Part shown: positions 29,798-39,201 of the stretch, in pieces
How the letters are laid out: the number at the start of each line of letters is the position of its first letter
Numbering within the stretch: the first letter of the stretch is position 1
Origin: Candidatus Aenigmatarchaeota archaeon
Lineage (GTDB): Archaea > Aenigmatarchaeota > Aenigmatarchaeia > GW2011-AR5
NCBI GenBank assembly: GCA_039091535.1
Contig: JAWCLW010000002.1
Span: 46,690 to 110,689 of the forward strand
DNA length: 64,000 bases
Direction of reading: 5' to 3'
Position numbers and translations under genes: made by a program
The notes under the pieces: model-generated
Database searches by the model: none
Told to the model about the DNA's origin: nothing
The model's input: only the letters and a program-made list of their open reading frames with translations

Positions 29798-29839
29798 TTA
29801 TAAGTTATTAATATATAAAAGTTTTTAAAGGTTAAGAAA

Positions 29840-30322
29840 TCATTTAATTATGATTTTTTCATCATCTATTTCTTTTATAATATCTTTAGGATTTTTTCCA
29901 TCAATAGTTACACCGCAACTTACGCACGTTCCAAGAATTTGTTTTACTTTTGATTTTAAATCGCCATAAAGAACATCTTCTTTACATTTTGCTATCTCTA
30001 TTATTTTTTTGAATGATATATCACCAGCTAATTTTCTTGTATTGCTTTCATCAATGGTTGCAAGTTTATCCTTACCTAATTCTTTTTTTAAAATAGATGA
30101 AACTGGTGGTGTTCCTACAATAATTGTAAAATTTTTATTTCCATCAATAATTATTTTTACAGGTATATCCATACCTTCAAACATTTTTGTTTTTTCATTT
30201 ATCTGATTTATGACATCAGTTATATTTACACCCAAAGGTCCTAATGCAGGGCCAAGTGGTGGTGCAGCAGATGCATGTCCACCCTTTATCAAAGCTTCAA
30301 CTATTTCTGGCATAAAACTCAC
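29840..30322 (-). CDS. rpl11: ribosomal protein uL11
   Basis: PPLGPALGPLGVN motif, 160 aa. Confidence 0.95.
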   Translation of the reverse strand: MSFMPEIVEALIKGGHASAAPPLGPALGPLGVNITDVINQINEKTKMFEGMDIPVKIIIDGNKNFTIIVGTPPVSSILKKELGKDKLATIDESNTRKLAGDISFKKIIEIAKCKEDVLYGDLKSKVKQILGTCVSCGVTIDGKNPKDIIKEIDDEKIIIK

Positions 30323-30768
30323 TTCTTTTTTTCATAAAGTCTTACAGAATTTATAGAAATTGTAACAGGTATCGGAATAGCTGCTTCCAGTAACTCTACT
30401 ATAATTTCATTTTTACTTTCATCTACACGTGTTATTCTAGCCTTTTCACCCTTAAACGGTGAACCTATTATTTCGACTATATCACCAACTTCCAATTTAA
30501 CTTCACTTTTTTCAGGTATTAAAAATCTTTCTATGTCATTGATGTTTGCACTTTTTTTAATAAGACCTCTTGCATGTGGAATGTTTTTGATGGCCTCTTC
30601 TATATCGTTAAATTCACCCTCTATAAATACATATCCACGGAGCTCCTCTGGATGAAAAACAGATTTTATAGGTATGTTATGAGTCTGAACTCTTGATATT
30701 ATAGAATCTATTACTATACTTTCTTTTCCTGTTGTTGTTCTTATTATTCCTATCATTTTATATGCCAC
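30319..30768 (-). CDS. spt5: transcription elongation factor Spt5 (NusG)
   Basis: GTG start, NGN domain, and KOW motif GDIVEIIGSPFKGEKARITRVD. It overlaps the uL11 start by 4 nt. Confidence 0.9.
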   Translation of the reverse strand: MAYKMIGIIRTTTGKESIVIDSIISRVQTHNIPIKSVFHPEELRGYVFIEGEFNDIEEAIKNIPHARGLIKKSANINDIERFLIPEKSEVKLEVGDIVEIIGSPFKGEKARITRVDESKNEIIVELLEAAIPIPVTISINSVRLYEKKK

Positions 30769-30928
30769 CTATTAACTGAAATATAAGGAATATTATAAAT
30801 CCTATTATGCCTATAATTACAAAACCTATACCAGTTATTTTTATAGATTGCTTATATTCCTCTTTGTCCGGCTTTGTTGAAACAAGTAAAACGCGTCTTA
30901 TATGCTCGATAATTTCTCTTATGTTCAT
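30758..30928 (-). CDS. secE: protein translocase subunit SecE (Sec61-gamma)
   Basis: A 56-aa ORF not in the supplied track: MNIREIIEHIRRVLLVSTKPDKEEYKQSIKITGIGFVIIGIIGFIIFLIFQLIGGI. It has the KP[DT]xxEY motif plus a single TM, sits in the conserved position upstream of spt5, and overlaps spt5 by 11 nt. Confidence 0.8.
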   Translation of the reverse strand: MNIREIIEHIRRVLLVSTKPDKEEYKQSIKITGIGFVIIGIIGFIIFLIFQLIGGI

Positions 30929-31066
30929 CAAAGCACCTCTAAAATTACATAAAATTTTATTTATAAACGAAATATTTAAATGCTCATAGATTTAAATCCC
31001 TAACTTAGGTTCATTTAATTATAAGAATAGAAAATAGTTTATAGAAATAAAATAATAAAAATTTAT

Positions 31067-32158
31067 TTATTTTTCGATAAAGTCTATCCCAAATATTTTT
31101 TCTCTTTCTGTTTTTTTCTCTTTTACACTAGTAATCTGTGGGAATGTTACTATAGGTGAATTTACACCAGTAACAATTAGCATAGTTCTTATAGAATCTC
31201 CAAGTTCTTTTAAAATTTGTGCACCCCAAATTATTTTTGCATCTGGACTTAATCTTGTTGCTACTGTTTCCACTATTTTATTGCATTCTCTTATTGTAAT
31301 ATCTACACCACCAGATACGTTAATCAAAGCTCCTTTAGCTCCATCTATATCTACATCGAGTAATGGATTATTTAATGCACGTTCTACAGATTCTAATGCC
31401 CTATTTTCTGAATCTGAATCACCCATCCCAATCATTGCAAGACCGCCATTACTCATTACAGCCCTTATATCGGCAAAATCTAAGTTAACTAATCCAGGTC
31501 TTGTCACAAGTTCTGTAATTCCTTTAACTGCATTTACTAATATCTCATCTGCAACCTTGAACGCTGTTGTTAGAGAGACATCTGGAACTATTTCTAGTAG
31601 TTTATCGTTTGGTATAACTATTAATGTATCTACAACCTTCTGTAATTTTTCTAAACCTTCCCTTGCATTATTCATTCTTTGTCTTCCTTCCATAGTGAAT
31701 GGTAGTGTCACAATACCCACAGTAAGTGCACCAAGTTTTTTTGCTATATCAGCTACGACTGGAATTGAACCGGTGCCTGTACCACCACCAAGTCCACATG
31801 TTACAAAAATCATATCAGCTCCTTCAAGAGATTTTTTTATTTCATTTTTACTTTCTTTTGCAGATTCTTCTCCTATTTTTGGGTCAGCACCTGCACCAAG
31901 ACCACCAGTTATTTCTTTTCCGATTAATATTTTTGTATCAGCATCTGTATAAAGTAAATCCTGTGCATCTGTATTGATAGCAATAGTTTCTGCACCAACA
32001 ACCCCGACTTGCATTAATCTAGAAATAGTATTACCACCGGCCCCACCAGCACCTAAAATTTTAATATTAGCTTTTTTTGATTCTAAAATCTTTTTTAATT
32101 CTTCATCAGCTGGTGTTGTACCAACATCTTTTGTACTAAGAATACCCATGTTCATCAC
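31067..32158 (-). CDS. ftsZ: cell division protein FtsZ
   Basis: Tubulin signature GLGGGTGTGS, plus NTDAQ. Confidence 0.95.
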   Translation of the reverse strand: MMNMGILSTKDVGTTPADEELKKILESKKANIKILGAGGAGGNTISRLMQVGVVGAETIAINTDAQDLLYTDADTKILIGKEITGGLGAGADPKIGEESAKESKNEIKKSLEGADMIFVTCGLGGGTGTGSIPVVADIAKKLGALTVGIVTLPFTMEGRQRMNNAREGLEKLQKVVDTLIVIPNDKLLEIVPDVSLTTAFKVADEILVNAVKGITELVTRPGLVNLDFADIRAVMSNGGLAMIGMGDSDSENRALESVERALNNPLLDVDIDGAKGALINVSGGVDITIRECNKIVETVATRLSPDAKIIWGAQILKELGDSIRTMLIVTGVNSPIVTFPQITSVKEKKTEREKIFGIDFIEK

Positions 32159-32287
32159 CGTTTTATTTTTATTAAATAAATATATCTGAAAAAATATTTA
32201 AACATTCAAAAAAATGGTTAAACAACAACAAACGAAACCTTTTTAAGTTTGATAATAGTAATAGTATGAGTAGTAATAGGTGAAGAT

Positions 32288-32410
32288 ATGAGACTCAAAT
32301 GCATTCATTGTAATCATGTGTGGGATACTCGAAAAGATGCTATATCAAAGCTTTGTCCATACTGTAAATATTCTACATATTATCACAGACCTATTGTTAT
32401 AAAAAAGTGA
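32288..32410 (+). CDS. small zinc-ribbon protein (40 aa)
   Basis: An ORF not in the supplied track: MRLKCIHCNHVWDTRKDAISKLCPYCKYSTYYHRPIVIKK, with two CxxC pairs. Confidence 0.45.
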   Translation: MRLKCIHCNHVWDTRKDAISKLCPYCKYSTYYHRPIVIKK

Positions 32411-32416
32411 TATGAT

Positions 32417-33064
32417 ATGAAGAAGGGTGATTTCATAAGAATAAACTATATAGGACGATTGGATAGTGGGGAGATTTTTGATTTAACAGATGCAGAAATA
32501 GCAAAGAAAGAAAATGTTTATAATCCCAATATAAAGTATGGGCCAATACCAATAATTGTTGGTGAAGGTTTTTTGTTAAAGGGGTTAGATGATGCGTTAT
32601 TTGATATGGATGTTGGCGAAAAGAAAAAAATAGAAATAAAACCAGAATACGGATTTGGGCAAAGGAAACCAGAGCTTATTAAAATACTACCTAAAAAGAT
32701 ATTCAAGAGTCAGAATATTGAACCAAAACCTGGCATGGTTATAGATTTTTCAGGAACAAAAGGAAGAATACAAAGTATAAATGCTGGCCGCGTACGTGTA
32801 GATTTTAACAATCCATTAGCCGGAAAAACCTTGCATTATGAAATTGAAATAAAAGAAAAAATAGAGGATGTAACAGAAAAGATAAAATCTATATTTGAGT
32901 TCTTTGGTATTGATAATGCTAAAATAAAAGTCGATGAGGATAATGTAACAATAGACATGATTAAACTACCACAAGAACTGAAAAATAAAATAAGTTCATT
33001 AATTCTAAATAACATAAATGAAATCAAAAGGGTAACATTCTTAGAAACATTTGAGAGAAAATAA
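32417..33064 (+). CDS. FKBP-type peptidyl-prolyl cis-trans isomerase (archaeal long type with IF insert)
   Basis: FIRINYIGRLDSGEIFD, GEGFLLKGLDDALFDMDVGEKK and NPLAGKTLHYEIEI. Confidence 0.85.
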   Translation: MKKGDFIRINYIGRLDSGEIFDLTDAEIAKKENVYNPNIKYGPIPIIVGEGFLLKGLDDALFDMDVGEKKKIEIKPEYGFGQRKPELIKILPKKIFKSQNIEPKPGMVIDFSGTKGRIQSINAGRVRVDFNNPLAGKTLHYEIEIKEKIEDVTEKIKSIFEFFGIDNAKIKVDEDNVTIDMIKLPQELKNKISSLILNNINEIKRVTFLETFERK

Positions 33065-33142
33065 ATTACAATAAAATTACTATTAAATCACATTTTTCCA
33101 TTCCCATTTGTTTTTTATAATTTATTATAATAGAAAATAAAT

Positions 33143-33439
33143 GTGATATCTATGTTATTCAAAACAGTAAGAGATTGGAAGCAGTTCTTAGCAATAGATG
33201 ATGAAGAAAAATTAAATGAAATTTTGAGAAAAGTTGCAAAGCATCGGGGCGCATATAGAAATGCAGATGAAGTCAAAATTGCCCAATTATGGTGTGCAAT
33301 TCTAGAATTAAGAAAAGAAAATCTTATTTTGCAGAAAAGACTGAATGCGATGGAAGATATATTTGATGCCATATTTGAAAAACAACGAAGAAAAGAACAA
33401 GAAAATAGAGAATTGATAAGAAGTCTTGAAAGATTCTAG
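33143..33439 (+). CDS. hypothetical coiled-coil protein
   Basis: 98-aa charged helical sequence. The antisense ORF 33115..33372 looks like low-complexity noise. Confidence 0.35.
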   Translation: MISMLFKTVRDWKQFLAIDDEEKLNEILRKVAKHRGAYRNADEVKIAQLWCAILELRKENLILQKRLNAMEDIFDAIFEKQRRKEQENRELIRSLERF

Positions 33440-33530
33440 GCAATAAATTAATAAATTGCATATTTTATTTATATTGAGATTTATTTTTTATCAATAATTT
33501 TTAGAGAAAAAAACAATATAACAGATTAAT

Positions 33531-36356
33531 TTATTCAAGATAGATACCAAACTTTTGTGGTGTAGCAGATTTTGCTTTAGGGTTTTCAGATTTTTCTGAG
33601 TCTAATACTTCTATTTTACATTTAGTTTCATCTTCAAGAAATTTTTTACATTCATTTAATATTTGAAATTGTTTATTTCTTGATAATATGGGTTTTATCT
33701 CATTTATGTTTTTATAGAGAGATTGAATAAACATAACTGTTGCTTTTCCATATATCTTCATATCACTTCTCATTATTTCATCAGTTATTTCATTTATATT
33801 TTTGTTTTTATTCTTTAAAACAAATTGATATAATTTAAATTTCCAATCCTCTGCAACAAAGAGTGATATTTTTTTTGGCTTTATTTTTGCAAGTTTTTTT
33901 ATTTCTATTATATCATTTATTGTACGTTTTATTAGTTCTTCGGACAATTCCGCTTCCTCATTTATTAAGGTTTCATCTGGTTTTGGCCATTGTTCTGTTG
34001 AAATGAATTTATTATTTCCAAGCATACACCACAATTCTTCACAAAGATGTGGTGTGATCGGAGAAAGCATTTTTACAATATTTTTTATTGAATCTTTGAC
34101 TATTTTTCTGTTTGCATTTTTCAATCCAACCCTTTTTATGTACCATTTCAAATCATTTATACAATCAAATAACGCATATTGAATGGCAGACCTAAATTTC
34201 ATTATTTCAAAGTTCTTAGTTGCATATGTTATGTTTTTTTGCATCTTACTCTGTAAATAAAGATCTATATTTCGTATATTTTTACATTCCATTCTTTTTA
34301 GATTTTTAATTATATCAAACAAGAATTCATATCGCGAGCGATAACCTCTTATATTTTCTACACTCCAATTCGCGTCGTCCATCTCTTCACTTGAACATAT
34401 TATATTTATTCTTGTCATATCAACTCCATAATTATTTAGACATTCTCTTAATGATATAATATTTCCTTTAGATTTACTCATTTTTTCCTTTTCTACATTT
34501 ACATAACCATTCACAGCAATTGCTTTTGGCCAATATTTTTCTGGAAATATTGCTGTGTGATGGAATATGTAAAAAATAAGATGATGCTGCAGCAAATCCT
34601 TTCCGCTAGTTCTTAAATCTACAGGGTAAAAATATTCAAATTCATTTTTCATATCCATAATTATTTTTTTATTTATTTTTGATTCTTTTGATATTTTGTT
34701 TAAATCACCCTTACCAAGAAATATGAAATCAAAAATATCATCTGTAAGTTTTTTTGCAGGAATCTTGTTTTTGTTAATTATTCTTGATATAGTGTAATAT
34801 GCCATATATATCGTAGAATCACTTAATGTTTCTATTATCCATTCTTTATCCCATGGTAATGGTGTTCCCAAACCTGTTTTTCTTGTACAAGCCTTATCAT
34901 GAAGCCAATCTATTGTATTGTTAATGTTATTTCTGGCTTCTTCAGGATATATTTTCATTCTCGAAACACATCTTCTTACTTGTTTTTTCCAATTCTCATC
35001 AGAAAATTTAAGGAACCATTGATTTTCAAGAATCTTTACATGACATTTTGTTGTACATCTACATATCACATTAGTACAATCCCACATAACATCTGCAACA
35101 TTTTTTTCTATAAATTCAATACTTAACTTTTCTTTACAACCTGAAACCTTTAAACCAGAATATTCGCTACAATTATCTTTCAATACACCGAGATGAAATT
35201 CCTTTTTATAAACAATTTTTGTAGCTTCATCCAATTCTTTTTCTTGTTTTAGCGAACTTATTTTCATTTTTTCACATATCTCTTTTGCTGGATGTTCACC
35301 AAATCCTTGTGTTTCTATAATAGATATTGGTTCCAGTTCATTTTTTTCAACACCAAATTTTTCTAAATCATTAGACTCTATTAACTCCTTTATTGCTATC
35401 CAATCATATGGGGCATGAGCTGGAACACTCATGACAATGCCTGTCGCGCTATCCGGATCAACAAATTTTGATGGCAAAATTGGAATATTTTTTCTACTTA
35501 TTGGATTTTCACATCTCATACCAATTATTTCGTTCAGTTCGATATCATCAATAAATTCAATATTTTTCATTTGGTCTCTTAGTTTTTCAAAGCATTTTTT
35601 ACTTACAATCCATATTTGATCATTTACTTTTATCTTAACATAACTTGCATCTGGATTTATCCATATGTTCGTGACTCCATATATTGTTTCTGGTCTTAAT
35701 GTTGCTGCAGGTAAAAACATTTCATTTAATTTGAATTTAATTAAGATATATTCTATTGGAGATTCACCTTCACCTTTAAGACGATCATGATCACCAGTAG
35801 GACTTTGACATTTAGGGCACCATATAACAGGATGAGTGCCCTGAATTACATAACCTTTTTTCTTTAATGTATTATATTGCCATTCTATGAACCGCGAATA
35901 TGTTGGAGTTAGTGTCGTTGTTACAAAAGTTCTTCTCCAATCGATAGAAACACCAGAAAGTTTTAAATCCTCTATCCATCTTTTCATATAAAACTGTACA
36001 AGAAATTTTGGATCCTTTATAAATTTTTTTATATCGCTATCTTTTGCTCCAAAATTTTTGAGTGTATCTATTTGAATTTTATCATTTTTCTTTAATCTTT
36101 CTATAACACCAAGTATTGGTTCACCTGTTGCATGAAATCCTTGTGGGAACAATACATTAAATCCTTGCATGCGTTTAAATCTTGCGTATGCATCACCTCT
36201 GAACCATGTATAACCATTTCCTATATGTGGCGCACCATTTACATAAGGATAAGGAATAGTAATGAAAAATTTTTTTCTTTTTTCTGGATTTGATTCAAAT
36301 ACTCTAGCTTTTTCCCATTTTTTTTGCCACTTCTTTTCTATTTTTTTGAATTCCAT
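33531..36356 (-). CDS. leuS: leucyl-tRNA synthetase (archaeal type)
   Basis: PYPYVNGAPHIGNGYT (HIGH) and KMSKSKGN, in 941 aa. Confidence 0.95.
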   Translation of the reverse strand: MEFKKIEKKWQKKWEKARVFESNPEKRKKFFITIPYPYVNGAPHIGNGYTWFRGDAYARFKRMQGFNVLFPQGFHATGEPILGVIERLKKNDKIQIDTLKNFGAKDSDIKKFIKDPKFLVQFYMKRWIEDLKLSGVSIDWRRTFVTTTLTPTYSRFIEWQYNTLKKKGYVIQGTHPVIWCPKCQSPTGDHDRLKGEGESPIEYILIKFKLNEMFLPAATLRPETIYGVTNIWINPDASYVKIKVNDQIWIVSKKCFEKLRDQMKNIEFIDDIELNEIIGMRCENPISRKNIPILPSKFVDPDSATGIVMSVPAHAPYDWIAIKELIESNDLEKFGVEKNELEPISIIETQGFGEHPAKEICEKMKISSLKQEKELDEATKIVYKKEFHLGVLKDNCSEYSGLKVSGCKEKLSIEFIEKNVADVMWDCTNVICRCTTKCHVKILENQWFLKFSDENWKKQVRRCVSRMKIYPEEARNNINNTIDWLHDKACTRKTGLGTPLPWDKEWIIETLSDSTIYMAYYTISRIINKNKIPAKKLTDDIFDFIFLGKGDLNKISKESKINKKIIMDMKNEFEYFYPVDLRTSGKDLLQHHLIFYIFHHTAIFPEKYWPKAIAVNGYVNVEKEKMSKSKGNIISLRECLNNYGVDMTRINIICSSEEMDDANWSVENIRGYRSRYEFLFDIIKNLKRMECKNIRNIDLYLQSKMQKNITYATKNFEIMKFRSAIQYALFDCINDLKWYIKRVGLKNANRKIVKDSIKNIVKMLSPITPHLCEELWCMLGNNKFISTEQWPKPDETLINEEAELSEELIKRTINDIIEIKKLAKIKPKKISLFVAEDWKFKLYQFVLKNKNKNINEITDEIMRSDMKIYGKATVMFIQSLYKNINEIKPILSRNKQFQILNECKKFLEDETKCKIEVLDSEKSENPKAKSATPQKFGIYLE

Positions 36357-36506
36357 ATTGATCTCCTAATGATTATTATAATTTAAGAAAATATGATAAT
36401 TTGAAAACTTTTAATTTCATTAGGTATGTAATTAAAGATGGAAAATTCAAGTATTTTTTCTATAAAATATATATTTTAAATTATTATTCTAATTATTTAA
36501 TGATAT

Positions 36507-36597
36507 GGGCGCGTAGCTCAGCTTGGATAGAGCATCTATCAAATCGAGTGCAAGCCTTCTAAGCAGAGGGTCGCGGGTTCGAATCCCGTCGCGCCCA
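36507..36597 (+). tRNA. tRNA-Arg(UCU) with a 16-nt intron inside the 5' strand of the anticodon stem (about position 29/30)
   Basis: GGGCGCG-TA-GCTC-AGCTTGGATA-GAGC-A-TCT[ATCAAATCGAGTGCAA]GC-CTTCTAA-GCAGA-GGGTC-GCGGG-TTCGAAT-CCCGT-CGCGCCC-A. The anticodon stem pairs only after the 16 nt are removed. Confidence 0.75.
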
Positions 36598-36654
36598 TTC
36601 AATTGAGAAATAAAACATTTTAAATGTTCAACATCATAATTATATTGTGGTTTG

Positions 36655-37422
36655 ATGACTAGAATTATAACAATAATTTCTGGAAAAGGTGGTGTTGGAA
36701 AAACTACGCTTGTTGCAAATCTCGGTGCATTACTCGCATCCATGGGGAAAGATATTATAATTTTTGATACAAATTTGACAACACCAAATCTTGGTTTGCA
36801 TTTAGGCATACCATTATTTCCTATAACACTCCATGACGTTTTAAAGGGAAATGCAAATATAAAGGATGCAGTTTATTGGCACGAGAGTGGTTTAAAAATC
36901 GTACCGGCAGGTTTGTCTCTAAAAGATTTGCGTGGCGTTGATGTGAGAGAGTTACCAAATGCATTACTCGATCTTCTTGGCAGTACAGAGATAATACTAC
37001 TTGACGCATCTGCTGGTCTTGGTCGTGAGACACTTGCAGCAATGGAGTCATCAGACGAAATAATAATTGTTACAAATCCAGATCTACCATCTGTAACAGA
37101 TGCACTAAAGGCTGCAAAGCTTGCAGAACAGATTGGTATAAAAGTTTCTGGTGTTGTAATAAATAGAAGAACAGGAAAAGATCATGAAATGAAAACACAG
37201 GAAATTGCTAGTATGCTAGACGGATTAGAAATACTTGCAGAAATCCCTGAAGATATCGCAGTTCAACGTGCTATATCAAAAAGAATTCCTGTTGTTCATT
37301 ACGCACCAAAATCACCAGCAAGCAAAGAAATAAAAAAGTTAGCAGCAAGACTCATAGGCCAAGAATATAAAACAAAAGACTCCTGGTATAGAAAATTATT
37401 TGGATTTATTTTAAGGAGATAA
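36655..37422 (+). CDS. minD: MinD/ParA-family P-loop ATPase
   Basis: Deviant Walker A SGKGGVGKTT. ATG at 36655 (the track began at the preceding TTG). Confidence 0.85.
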   Translation: MTRIITIISGKGGVGKTTLVANLGALLASMGKDIIIFDTNLTTPNLGLHLGIPLFPITLHDVLKGNANIKDAVYWHESGLKIVPAGLSLKDLRGVDVRELPNALLDLLGSTEIILLDASAGLGRETLAAMESSDEIIIVTNPDLPSVTDALKAAKLAEQIGIKVSGVVINRRTGKDHEMKTQEIASMLDGLEILAEIPEDIAVQRAISKRIPVVHYAPKSPASKEIKKLAARLIGQEYKTKDSWYRKLFGFILRR

Positions 37423-37539
37423 AATATTTACACTCTTCTTTTTGGCTTCCATTCTATTGGTTTTATATCTCTTTCTTCATCTTCTTCAAAAAACCTTTTT
37501 TTCTTCTTTTTTAGTTCTGGGATAATCCTTCTCACAAAA

Positions 37540-39201
37540 TCAACCAATTATTTCAATAATTTTATTCAAATTTATTTCAAATGCAACAACAGGTTTTTCT
37601 AACTTCCAGTTATTCAAAACCTTAGGATGTATTTCACCTATTATTCCTATGGATTCATTATTTATTTTAATTTCTGCACATCTTCCTGAGATGAAGCTAG
37701 GATGTTCTTTTTTTACTAGATTATATTTTAATCCCAAATTCCTCATTATTGCATCAAGATACGATGAGATTTGTTCATAGTTTGAGATATTATCACTCAA
37801 AGCAATTGCTAATTTTTTTATATCCATAGTTCTTGTTTCTTGACTCTCGTCAATAATAACAACATTACCTATTTCAAATATTTTTTGTGGATAGTCGATA
37901 TGTTTATTTTGTGCAAGAAAATCTAATAAACTTGGCAAAAGCCAATTTCTGAAAACACACCAATTTGTTGAAACAAAATTTTCTATTTCTGCAACTTTTT
38001 CTTCTTCTAATTCCATTTTTTCAAAGAGATTGTTTTTATTTGTTAATGTATATGAGAGAATTTCCTGCAATCCAAGTCCTATTAATATTTCCGTTATTTT
38101 ATTTACAAATATCTCTAATTTACTTCCTCTTCCAACTGTTGGAAGTTTAGGTATATTTGGCTCTACGTTATTATACCCATATGAAATTAATACATCTTCA
38201 ACTATATCTCGTTGATGCATTATATCCTGCCTATATGCAGGATAGAGTAATTCAATATTTCTTCCTATTGTTTTCGTTTTATAGCCAGCTTTTTTCAATA
38301 GATTACATATCTGTTTTACTGTAAGATTTAGTCCAGATATTTTATTTATATAATCTATATTTACTGAAAACTTTTTTGGCTTAAGGTCAGGTGTAATAAT
38401 AGTTTTATCTGGATAGACTACATTCACAGAATATATTTTTCCATTACGCTCTGCTAATGCAGCAACTATGACATTCAATGCTGGTATTAAAAATTTCAGA
38501 CTAAAACCACTGCACTCAATAAATACATCATTTGTTTTTTTTGTAACTTTTCCTGTATAATCAGAATTTATAATTGGTGGCATAGAGAGTACATTTTTTT
38601 CATTATCAATAAATATTGGATATTCTTCATAATCTTTTAGAAGATGACCAAATTCTTTTCCTTTTGGATGTTTTTCTAAAATTTCTTTTGGTGTCATTTT
38701 TTCATTAAAATCTAAAGGAACAAATTTTATTTCATCTGGTTTTACTGTTGTATATCTTATAGGTTGTTTTATTTTATGTAAATCATATATTCCAATAGCA
38801 ACTTCTTTTCTATTTCTTCCAAATGTTCCAGAAACTTTTTCCTGAAGTTGTATTATCTGCGAAAGCGCATCATCATCAAATTTTAAATTTCTAACAACAG
38901 CACATACAGTATAAGGTCTTACATTTTTTACTTTTTTATCTACTAATACAACAATACTTGATTTTCTAATTTTATATTCTATAAATCTTGGATTATATCT
39001 ATTTCTAATCTCTCGTGCTATACCTTCTACAGACCATAGATCAGGTCTGTTTGTATCTTTGATATCAATTTTTAATATGTCCTTATTAATTTCATCTATT
39101 TCACCTTTTGCATAAAGTATATCTTCTTTCAGTTTTTCTATTGATATTTTTTTTCTTATTAGTTTGCATAAATCTTTATACGAAACTTCTATTGTTGGCA
39201 T
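37540..39201 (-). CDS. pheT: phenylalanyl-tRNA synthetase beta subunit
   Basis: Archaeal PheT-like. The likely start is MPTIEVSYKDL at 39201, which overlaps the pheS stop by 1 nt (TAATG). The track ORF extends to 39228. Confidence 0.9.
   Translation of the reverse strand: MPTIEVSYKDLCKLIRKKISIEKLKEDILYAKGEIDEINKDILKIDIKDTNRPDLWSVEGIAREIRNRYNPRFIEYKIRKSSIVVLVDKKVKNVRPYTVCAVVRNLKFDDDALSQIIQLQEKVSGTFGRNRKEVAIGIYDLHKIKQPIRYTTVKPDEIKFVPLDFNEKMTPKEILEKHPKGKEFGHLLKDYEEYPIFIDNEKNVLSMPPIINSDYTGKVTKKTNDVFIECSGFSLKFLIPALNVIVAALAERNGKIYSVNVVYPDKTIITPDLKPKKFSVNIDYINKISGLNLTVKQICNLLKKAGYKTKTIGRNIELLYPAYRQDIMHQRDIVEDVLISYGYNNVEPNIPKLPTVGRGSKLEIFVNKITEILIGLGLQEILSYTLTNKNNLFEKMELEEEKVAEIENFVSTNWCVFRNWLLPSLLDFLAQNKHIDYPQKIFEIGNVVIIDESQETRTMDIKKLAIALSDNISNYEQISSYLDAIMRNLGLKYNLVKKEHPSFISGRCAEIKINNESIGIIGEIHPKVLNNWKLEKPVVAFEINLNKIIEIIG

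Noticed and set aside
31281-32189. Long antisense ORFs (223, 83 and 71 aa) opposite ftsZ
   Set aside because: ftsZ is unambiguous on the minus strand. The antisense ORFs are Ser/Pro/Ile-rich artefacts of codon bias. The same reasoning applies to the antisense ORFs opposite radA, the thermosome gene, top6A/B, orc1-like (16206..16811) and the KH/top6B region (47726..48379).
36489-36809. 106-aa minus-strand ORF
   Set aside because: It runs antisense through the tRNA-Arg gene and the minD 5' end. Its sequence is the translated complement of a tRNA, so it is not a gene.
37430-37540. 36-aa GTG-initiated minus-strand ORF (MRRIIPELKKKKKRFFEEDEERDIKPIEWKPKRRV) downstream of pheT
   Set aside because: It is very short and highly charged low-complexity sequence with a non-ATG start, so it is unsupported.
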